Below, piece by piece: positions 1 through 6,649 of a stretch of DNA of 38,127 nucleotides (within the stretch, counting starts at the first letter, position 1; each line of letters begins with the position of its first letter). Below the pieces are notes generated by a model. It did not search any database and was not told where the DNA came from. It worked only from the letters and a program-made list of their open reading frames with translations. Location: contig CAYGMR010000003.1 of the NCBI GenBank assembly GCA_964350725.1, forward strand, positions 1 through 38,127, written 5' to 3'. The translations under genes were made by a program, and so were the position numbers. The stretch comes from an uncultured Ardenticatenaceae bacterium. GTDB taxonomy: Bacteria; Chloroflexota; Anaerolineae; Promineifilales; Promineifilaceae.

Positions 1-63
1 TTTTAAGTAATAGCGACTTGTGCCTGCGTTATCCAGATGCTACCGACTTGATTTCCGCTGAAA

Positions 64-1071
64 TTATGGAGTTTGCGATTTGATGGGATTTTGCAGGCCA
101 CGGATTGTGAGGGCGAGGCGTTTTTTACGGCCGTTTACACTCAAAATGCGTGCTGTGACTTCATCGCCTATTTGCACGACATTGCGGGGATGAAAGAAAG
201 AGCCTTCAGCCAGTTCAGAGATGTGGATCAACCCTTCGAGTTCTTCTTCGAGCAGGACAAATGCGCCGTAGTTGACCACATTGCTGACTGTGCCTGTGAC
301 GAGTTGGCCGGGCGTGTAGCGTGCTTCAGCCGTATCCCACGGGTCTTGTTTGAGCCGTTTTAGACTGAGAGCAATACGTTCGTTATTTTTATCGATGCTC
401 AAGACCATGACGCGGGCGCTGTCGCCCGGTTTGAGAATTTCGCTGGGATGGGTGACGCGGCTCCAAGATAATTCGGAGATATGGATCAAACCTTCAACGC
501 CGCCTAAATCCAGAAAGACACCGAATTTGGTTAAATTTGTAACTTCACCTGCAACGACATCGCCTGGCTGCAGGCTTTGTAACAAATCGACGCGTTCATG
601 TGCTTCGACCAGAGCGGCGCGTTCCGATAGGATCAGACGGTTGGTTTGTTGATTGACTTCGATGATTTTGAGCTGCAGGGTTTGATCTTGGCGGTTTGAC
701 AATGCACGCATCCGTTCGCGCGCCATATGAAATTGAGGAAAATCGACAAGCTGCGAGGCGGGGACAAAACCTTGTAAGCCGTTCCATGAAACGAGCAAGC
801 CGCCTTTGTTATAGCCAGTGACTTGTAATTCTAGAATCTTGTCAGATTCTAGATGTTCTTGTGCAGTTTCCCAGATGCTTTGCTTGGAATTTTGTGAGGT
901 TTCTGCGGATGACCAGGTTAAACGGCCGTCACTTTTTTCATCTATTGGCGGCCATTCATCTTCCATTGAAGGTAATGATGATAGTGACTTTTCTTCCTGC
1001 TGGAATAGTGCATCCCAATACCCATCCGAATTATCGGCCGCTTGATTCCTGTTATCCCGTTCCATTTCCAT
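64..1071 (-). CDS. S1 domain RNA-binding protein (ribosomal protein S1-like, three S1 repeats)
   Basis: 335-aa ORF. Three tandem S1/OB repeats are readable in the translation (GYNKGGLLVSWNGLQGFVPASQL; GEVTNLTKFGVFLDLGGVEGLIHISELS; GTVSNVVNYGAFVLLEEELEGLIHISEL), preceded by an acidic N-terminal extension. No clear SD, so the exact start is unverified. Confidence 0.8.
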   Translation of the reverse strand: MEMERDNRNQAADNSDGYWDALFQQEEKSLSSLPSMEDEWPPIDEKSDGRLTWSSAETSQNSKQSIWETAQEHLESDKILELQVTGYNKGGLLVSWNGLQGFVPASQLVDFPQFHMARERMRALSNRQDQTLQLKIIEVNQQTNRLILSERAALVEAHERVDLLQSLQPGDVVAGEVTNLTKFGVFLDLGGVEGLIHISELSWSRVTHPSEILKPGDSARVMVLSIDKNNERIALSLKRLKQDPWDTAEARYTPGQLVTGTVSNVVNYGAFVLLEEELEGLIHISELAEGSFFHPRNVVQIGDEVTARILSVNGRKKRLALTIRGLQNPIKSQTP

Positions 1072-1234
1072 TACCGTTACTCACGTAGGCAAACTTCCTT
1101 CCGATTGCGGGGCCAGTTGGAGGTCTATGCTTTTTAACAATTCCTTAATTTCCTATCTTTCCTATTATAAACAGTGGTTGCGTGGTGTCAAACAATGATA
1201 GTCTGGTACTCTTGTAATCATGGAGAAATGATGG

Positions 1235-2056
1235 ATGATGGATAATTTGCGAGAAACGGCCGTTCAGGCAGCGCTAAAAACAAAATGGATCGGGCAACAT
1301 TATCGTTTTTTTGAAGCGGTAGGCTCGACCAATGATAAACTCAAGCAAGATGTTAAAAGTTTGTTGGCTGAGACATTACCCGCTGGCACGGTTTATCTGA
1401 CAGATTTTCAAGCACAAGGACGCGGTCGTCTGCAACGTCGTTGGGAAGCGCCTGCAGGCACCTCGCTTTTATTGTCACTACTGCTGCGCCCCGACTGGCC
1501 GGCGCAGCAAAGTGCCTGGCTCACTATGCTGGCTGCATTGTCTGTTGCTGAAGCGATTGAAGCCCAGACGAGTTTGCAAGTGAAACTAAAATGGCCGAAT
1601 GATGTGGTTTTGGAGGTGGACGGCCGTTACCATAAACTTTGCGGCATTTTAGCGGAAGGCAATATCACAGCGGAACAACGCCTCGATTATGCCATTGTGG
1701 GCATGGGTATCAACGTCAATATCCCACCTGAAAGTTTACCGGCTGCCGCAACCCCGGCAACGAGTCTATTCGCAGCCACAGGCAAATCGATTTCGCGCTT
1801 GCCACTGCTGGTGACGTTGTTGCAGAGATTGGAGCATTGGGTGGAAACGGCCGTGGAGGGGCAATCCCCCCAACCTGCCTGGAACCAACGCCTGGTCACT
1901 CTGGGACAAATCGTGCATGTCAATCAAATGGGCAAGGGAGAGCCATTGACTGGTGTTGCCGAAGGTACCGATGCCTGGGGACAGCTATTGGTCCGTGACG
2001 CCGCTGGTCAATTACATACAATAGGTGCCGGCGATGTCACCTTGCGTGAATCCTAA
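1235..2056 (+). CDS. birA: Biotin--[acetyl-CoA-carboxylase] ligase (no N-terminal HTH, class I type)
   Basis: GRGRLQRRWEAPAG matches the biotin-protein-ligase GRGRxGRxWxSPxG loop. KWPNDV motif is present. GGAG lies about 9 nt upstream of the ATG. Length is 273 aa. Confidence 0.9.
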   Translation: MMDNLRETAVQAALKTKWIGQHYRFFEAVGSTNDKLKQDVKSLLAETLPAGTVYLTDFQAQGRGRLQRRWEAPAGTSLLLSLLLRPDWPAQQSAWLTMLAALSVAEAIEAQTSLQVKLKWPNDVVLEVDGRYHKLCGILAEGNITAEQRLDYAIVGMGINVNIPPESLPAAATPATSLFAATGKSISRLPLLVTLLQRLEHWVETAVEGQSPQPAWNQRLVTLGQIVHVNQMGKGEPLTGVAEGTDAWGQLLVRDAAGQLHTIGAGDVTLRES

Positions 2057-2082
2057 TCTGGATAAACCAAAAAAGATTCTGA

Positions 2083-2194
2083 CACGAATTACACGGATTT
2101 CACGAATTTAGGCCGTTTTAATTCGTGAAATCCGTGTAATTCGTGGCAAAAATTGACTCCAAGTCAGGTTTTTACAAAAAGTGCCAACATATTG
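2083..2194. repeat. Intergenic foldback repeat, copy A (perfect 26-bp inverted arms made of three CACGRATTW 9-mers)
   Basis: Arm 2083-2108 CACGAATTACACGGATTTCACGAATT is the exact reverse complement of arm 2120-2145. The loop is TAGGCCGTTTT. The tail GCAAAAATTGACTCCAAGTCAGGTTTTTACAAAAAGTGCCAACATA is near-identical to copy B. The element starts 27 nt after the birA stop. Confidence 0.9.
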
Positions 2195-2656
2195 AGTGCA
2201 TTAAATCCCCGTTTTTTTCTAAATCCGTTGTGGTTTTTCATTTTACGCCTTCTTCACCGCTGTTTCACAAGCCGTTTACCCCGCTAAAGCCTTCCACTTG
2301 TTAATATGTACAGCAATGGTAGCTATGGTTCAGCCCCTAATGATTACTTGGGTGCGACCAATGCATGTTGGACCAACCAATGCTTAGACAATAAAAAGTT
2401 GTACAAACAGGATCGCAAGATTTGGTTGGTGCATAGGTGGTTCTGGCAACACACAATTAAGATTTTCGGAGTACCCAATTTTATCTGTTGCGGCAGCGTG
2501 CTTCTGGCGGCGTAGTTGAGTGTTGGTAAACATTCAATGACCAAAAGAAGGGCCAGACTAACTCGTTGAGTGCTGACGAAAATAATTCATGTGACAACGG
2601 TTGGTTGTCACACAGGGCGGAGCGTGCCCGGACACAAACGTAGAAAAAACTTTTTT

Positions 2657-3400
2657 ATGCCTTCAATTATTCGTGGATTGAACCTATATCTTCAACGTCA
2701 AGCATCGAGTTTCGGCCGTTACTGGCTGGAACAAACGGTATTGTTTTTATTTGGCTGGGTGCCGACTTTGGTGGGCATCGGTCTGCGTGGGGTGGTTTAT
2801 CGGTTCATTTTGCAGATGGATGGCTGGGCCGCGATTGAAAAAGGGGTGCGGCTGCGCTTTGCCGACAACATCCATTTGGGCCACGGTGTTTACCTGGATG
2901 AAAAAACCTACTTGCACGCCTGCCCAAATGGCATTGACATCGGCGATGAAACCATCGTGATGCATGGTGCGATTTTGCATGTCTATAATTTTCGCGACTT
3001 ACCAAATGCTGGCATCAAAATCGGCAAAAACAGTCTGATTGGTGAATATTCAATTATTCGCGGTCAGGGCGGGGTTGAGATTGGTGACCGTGTGTTTACA
3101 TCCCCATACACACAAATTATTGCTGTCAATCATGTGTTTGACGATCCAAAACGGCCGTTTACTGAACAAGGTATTACCGCTGAAGGCATCATCATCGAAG
3201 ACGATGTTTGGGTGGGGGCAGGTGCCATCATCACAGACGGCGTGCATGTGGGCAAAGGGGCTGTTATCGCTGCGGGCGCCGTCGTCACCAAAGATGTGCC
3301 AGCCCATACAGTTGTCGGCGGCGTGCCGGCACGGCCCATCAAAAAAATTGATGCCGAGCAGGTTTCATATTTGGATCGTGATATTTATCATTTAGCTTGA
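2657..3400 (+). CDS. Hexapeptide-repeat (LbH) sugar O-acetyltransferase with N-terminal hydrophobic helix
   Basis: C-terminal LbH signature [53 protein letters not shown]. The ORF track opens at a GTG at 2570. The ATG at 2657 (MPSIIRGLN) is the more plausible start. Paralogous to the 23447 gene. Confidence 0.8.
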   Translation: MPSIIRGLNLYLQRQASSFGRYWLEQTVLFLFGWVPTLVGIGLRGVVYRFILQMDGWAAIEKGVRLRFADNIHLGHGVYLDEKTYLHACPNGIDIGDETIVMHGAILHVYNFRDLPNAGIKIGKNSLIGEYSIIRGQGGVEIGDRVFTSPYTQIIAVNHVFDDPKRPFTEQGITAEGIIIEDDVWVGAGAIITDGVHVGKGAVIAAGAVVTKDVPAHTVVGGVPARPIKKIDAEQVSYLDRDIYHLA

Positions 3401-3413
3401 GTTGTTTTCAGAG

Positions 3414-3623
3414 AGATTTGTCAAGTTCTTCGACTGTTTATTCACAGCACTACCTTTGCAGTTTTCTTTTATTGCCACGAATTACACGGATTTCACGAAT
3501 TTAGGCCGTTTTAATTCGTGAAATTGGTGAAATTCGTGGCAAAAATTGACTCCAAGTCAGGTTTTTACAAAAAGTGCAAACATAGTGTTCACAGTTCACT
3601 CGTAGTAGAAATTTGACAAATCT
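3414..3623. repeat. Larger foldback unit bounded by inverted 11-mers AGATTTGTCAA / TTGACAAATCT, enclosing copy B
   Basis: AGATTTGTCAA at 3414-3424 and its reverse complement TTGACAAATCT at 3613-3623. The flanks between these ends and the central hairpin are imperfectly inverted (CACTACCTTTGCAG at 3448-3461 versus GTGCAAACATAGTG at 3574-3587). Confidence 0.7.
3476..3587. repeat. Intergenic foldback repeat, copy B
   Basis: About 95% identical to copy A over about 110 bp. The left arm 3476-3501 is identical to A. The right arm has 3 substitutions (AATTCGTGAAATTGGTGAAATTCGTG). Confidence 0.9.
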
Positions 3624-3715
3624 GAAATTGACCACTTGTAGTACACAGTCTACGACTTCCAGACTACAAGACCATCGACTACGAGACTTTTGTCTTTCGT
3701 AAGGAGAGAATCAAA
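3599..3715 (+). promoter_or_regulatory. Repeat-rich 5' leader of the long glycan operon (ACTACRAG motif x5, direct and inverted) plus SD
   Basis: CTCGTAGT 3599-3606 and CTTGTAGT 3635-3642 are reverse complements of ACTACGAG 3678-3685 and ACTACAAG 3663-3670, giving nested 8-bp pairings. There are three direct repeats with 15-nt period: aGTCTACGACt at 3647, GACTACAAGAC at 3662 and GACTACGAGAC at 3677. AAGGAGAG lies 8 nt before the ATG at 3716. Confidence 0.5.
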
Positions 3716-4906
3716 ATGACCACCTTATCAGTTGTTATCCCGGCTTATAATGAAGAGTCGGGGATTAAAGAAATCGCCCAACGTGTGTTGGATGTGGGGG
3801 CGGCTTTACAAAAAGTGGGTGTTGGCGGCCTTGAATTATTAGTTGTGGATGATGGCTCACAAGACGAAACGGCCGTTATCGCTGGCAGTATGGCTGGTGT
3901 GAAAGTTATTCAGCATCCAACAAACCAGGGATATGGCGCTGCCTTGAAAACGGGTTTTGGCCAAGCAGGAGGCGAGTTGATTGGCTTTTTAGATGCCGAC
4001 GGCACCTATCCGCCTGAATATTTCCCGCAGCTGTGTACAGAAGCATTGCTCGGTGCAGACCTCGTGATTGGTTCGCGCATGTCGGGTGCCGACAGCCAGA
4101 TGCCAATGACACGCCGTATGGGCAACCTTTTTTTCGCCAATTTGCTCAGTCTGATGGGACGCAAACGCGTTTCTGACAGCGCAAGTGGTATGCGTGTTTT
4201 CAAGCGCGATTTGCTGCATCAGATTTACCCGCTGCCCGATGGCTTGAACCTGACACCAGTCATGAGTACACGCGCTGTACATGAAGAAATCCGTATGGCT
4301 GAGGTGCCGATTCCGTATAGTGAACGCATCGGCCGTTCCAAATTGAGCGTTGTGCATGATGGATCATTGTTCTTGCGTTCGATGGTATGGACAGTGCTGG
4401 AATATAACCCGGTACGCATTTTGGGTTTGCTGGGATTATTGGGCATGGGTTTCGCGGCATTCACATTCCTCGGTTTGTTACTTGCACGTTTGCAAGGTGT
4501 GACCACACTCGAACCCTGGAACATCGCCTTTTTGTTTGCTGGTGCGATGGCTGCGGTGATTGGTATTAGTCTTTTCTCGTTGGGAATTACCTTCAACTAT
4601 CTGGTGTCACTTTTCCATAAACGGCCGATACGCCAAGGTCTATTTGGTCGTCCGCTATTTAAGAAAACGCCATTAGAGAAACAATTTGGCTGGATGGGCG
4701 GTGTGGCGTTGGCAGCTGGGCTTATCATCGGCGCCGTTAGTTTGGTTATGGGTTTGAGCGGCTGGGACATGAACCGTTTATGGCTCTATGGTCTGGTGAG
4801 CGCGATGGCAGTGATGATCGGCGTGCAGTTGATTGTATTTTGGGTATTGCTGCAAGTTCTAAACGAATTGAGTCAGCGGGAATTAGCCGGACAACCGGTC
4901 AGCTAG
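3716..4906 (+). CDS. GT2 polyprenyl-phosphate glycosyltransferase (Dpm1/GtrB/ArnC-like) with C-terminal multi-TM extension
   Basis: VVIPAYNEESGI, LVVDDGSQDET, GYGAALKTG and FLDADGTYPPE motifs are typical of the Dpm1/GtrB clade. About 4 predicted TM helices lie in the last 170 aa. Strong SD. Confidence 0.85.
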   Translation: MTTLSVVIPAYNEESGIKEIAQRVLDVGAALQKVGVGGLELLVVDDGSQDETAVIAGSMAGVKVIQHPTNQGYGAALKTGFGQAGGELIGFLDADGTYPPEYFPQLCTEALLGADLVIGSRMSGADSQMPMTRRMGNLFFANLLSLMGRKRVSDSASGMRVFKRDLLHQIYPLPDGLNLTPVMSTRAVHEEIRMAEVPIPYSERIGRSKLSVVHDGSLFLRSMVWTVLEYNPVRILGLLGLLGMGFAAFTFLGLLLARLQGVTTLEPWNIAFLFAGAMAAVIGISLFSLGITFNYLVSLFHKRPIRQGLFGRPLFKKTPLEKQFGWMGGVALAAGLIIGAVSLVMGLSGWDMNRLWLYGLVSAMAVMIGVQLIVFWVLLQVLNELSQRELAGQPVS

Positions 4907-4909
4907 TCC

Positions 4910-4943
4910 GCTGGTCAGCTTGTTAGCTAAAACGCTGACCAGC
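4910..4943 (+). other. Intercistronic stem-loop (10-bp perfect stem)
   Basis: GCTGGTCAGC at 4910-4919 pairs with GCTGACCAGC at 4934-4943, with a 14-nt loop. It sits between the GT2 stop (4906) and the GGAG/ATG of the radical SAM gene. It lacks the uninterrupted U-tract of a classic terminator. Confidence 0.5.
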
Positions 4944-4957
4944 TTTGGAGAATATAT

Positions 4958-6622
4958 ATGAATGAAAAAATTGAAGACCCGCTGCGTGTTAATTTAGGTA
5001 CGCGTCGTGTGCCCAAGCTGCGCATGGCTAAGTTCCCTGATGCGGATGAGATCGTACGTCAGGGTTTGTTAGATGCGGCACGACCGGAAACGGCCGTTGA
5101 TATTGTCCTTGTCAATCCGCCCACACCTGATGGTGGTTTGTGGATTCGTACCCAACATCGTGTGGGTCGCCGTACGCGTGAAAATATGGTTTGGCCACAA
5201 GTTTCGCTGGCGCAAATGGGTGCACTATTGGCCCCGACCTACAAAATCGCCATCATTGACGCCAATGCCGAGTTTATGGGCTGGCCTGAATTTGCAGATC
5301 TATTGGATAAATACCAACCGAAATATTATTTAACCCAGGTGACAGCACCCACGCTCGAAAATGATATGTATGGCTGTTTTCTGGCTAAAGCCCGTGGTGC
5401 ACAAACGATAGCGTTCGGTACGCATGTGACACCTATTCCACGCGAAACGATGCGGCCGTATCCGGCACTTGATTATATTTTATTGGGCGAACCAGATTTG
5501 ACGATTCGTGATTTGCTCGATCATTTAGAAGGGCGCATTGATGAGCGTCCAGCAAACATCGAAAAATTGTTCTCCGAACATGATCCGCTCTATAAACCAG
5601 CTTTGTTAGAAGATGGTGCTGTTGATATGGGGGGCATCAAGGGTTTGGTTTGGCGTGATAAGGATGAGATTGTGGTGAATTGGCAACGGCCGTTTATCAA
5701 AAATCTCGACGATCTGCCACTGCCGCTGCACCATCTGCTCCCCTGGCAAACACACCGCATGCCCCTCATCAAAGGGCCTTTTACCTTTATTGTTACCAGT
5801 CGTGGCTGTCCCGCCGGCTGCACCTACTGTATCAAACATGTTAGCTACCAATACTCCGTGCGCGTTCGTTCGCCACAAAATATCATGGATGAACTGTGGG
5901 TGCTCAAAAAGCTGGGCATCAACAACATTCACATGTATGCCGATCTGTTCACAGTTAATCGTGAGCAGGTTGTAGGTTTATGCAAATTGATGATCGAACA
6001 AGAGATCAACATGAAATGGACCTGCAACAGTCGTGTAGATTATGTGGACGAGGAGATGCTCAGCTTGATGGGGCAGGCTGGCTGTTGGTTGATCTCCTGG
6101 GGCATTGAAAGTGGCAGCGAAAAGATTTTGCGCCATGCGCGCAAAGGTGCCTATCCCGACAAAGCTGAGCGTGCGCTTGTGTGGGCCCATGCTGCTGGTA
6201 TCAAAAATTGGGGTTACTTTATCATTGGGCTACCCGGTGAAACTGAAGAAACGATTCAACAGACAATTGCTTTTTCAAAACAACTGCCGCTCGACATCGC
6301 GCTATTCCATGTTGCTGCACCTTATCCCGGCACGCCCTTCTTCTTTGAAGTGGTCGAAAACGACTGGTTCCGTGCCGATACACGCTGGGAACAAGTAGAT
6401 ATGGACAAGGGCACTGTGTTGGATTATCCGCAGTTGTCGGCTGAACGTTTGTTGTATTGGCAGAAACGTGCCTTTCGCGAATGGGCGTTACGGCCGGGTC
6501 CCGCATTAACCTATTTGAAGATGCTGCTTTCAGATCGATCTACATTGCGCACAGCATTAAGTGTCGGCTGGCAGCATCTGAGTTGGACATCAACGGAGAC
6601 CGGCTTACCGGTTTCCTCATGA
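4958..6622 (+). CDS. B12-binding-domain radical SAM enzyme (class B rSAM, putative methyltransferase-type)
   Basis: CxxxCxxC cluster in IVTSRGCPAGCTYCIK. The N-terminal region DIVLVNPPTP...AIIDANAE is typical of the cobalamin-binding Rossmann-like domain fused to rSAM cores. Length is 554 aa. Confidence 0.85.
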   Translation: MNEKIEDPLRVNLGTRRVPKLRMAKFPDADEIVRQGLLDAARPETAVDIVLVNPPTPDGGLWIRTQHRVGRRTRENMVWPQVSLAQMGALLAPTYKIAIIDANAEFMGWPEFADLLDKYQPKYYLTQVTAPTLENDMYGCFLAKARGAQTIAFGTHVTPIPRETMRPYPALDYILLGEPDLTIRDLLDHLEGRIDERPANIEKLFSEHDPLYKPALLEDGAVDMGGIKGLVWRDKDEIVVNWQRPFIKNLDDLPLPLHHLLPWQTHRMPLIKGPFTFIVTSRGCPAGCTYCIKHVSYQYSVRVRSPQNIMDELWVLKKLGINNIHMYADLFTVNREQVVGLCKLMIEQEINMKWTCNSRVDYVDEEMLSLMGQAGCWLISWGIESGSEKILRHARKGAYPDKAERALVWAHAAGIKNWGYFIIGLPGETEETIQQTIAFSKQLPLDIALFHVAAPYPGTPFFFEVVENDWFRADTRWEQVDMDKGTVLDYPQLSAERLLYWQKRAFREWALRPGPALTYLKMLLSDRSTLRTALSVGWQHLSWTSTETGLPVSS

Positions 6623-6649
6623 AAAAACATTAAACCTAGGATGTAGCGG

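Noticed and set aside
2083-2145. 26-bp perfect hairpin after birA interpreted as a classic Rho-independent terminator
   Set aside because: No T-tract follows the stem on the + strand (the next bases are GCAAAAATTG). The same structure recurs upstream of genes elsewhere, so it is better described as a repeat family. A terminator-like effect is not excluded.
2154-2185. TTGACT in the repeat tail (and TTGACA at 3613 and 35146) as -35 boxes of element-borne promoters
   Set aside because: No acceptable -10 hexamer lies at 16-19 nt spacing. At 35146 the would-be -10 falls inside the terminator stem. This is left as untested and not annotated.
2306-2515. 69-aa Cys-containing ORF (MYSNGSYGSAPNDYLGATNACWTNQC...) considered as a small protein or RiPP precursor
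   Set aside because: It has no SD and overlaps an equally long antisense ORF. It is not adjacent to the radical SAM gene, which lies 2.4 kb away behind two other genes. Nothing supports translation.
2589-2640. CACACAGGGCGGAGCGTGCCCGGACACAAACG considered as a c-di-GMP-I (GEMM-I) riboswitch upstream of EPS genes
   Set aside because: Only the CACAGGGC and ACAAA fragments resemble the consensus. The GNRA-tetraloop/receptor helices and the second conserved GGGACGCAAAGCC-type strand are missing.
2083-3587. Tandem 9-mers (CACGRATTW) considered as a CRISPR array or iterons
   Set aside because: There are only 2-3 contiguous units per arm and no spacers. The units are arranged as inverted arms. There are no cas or rep genes in the window.
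3588-3715. ops/JUMPStart (GGCGGTAG) RfaH-type antitermination element in the operon leader
   Set aside because: The motif is absent from the leader. The nearest resemblance (GCGGTAGC near 10893) is inside a CDS.
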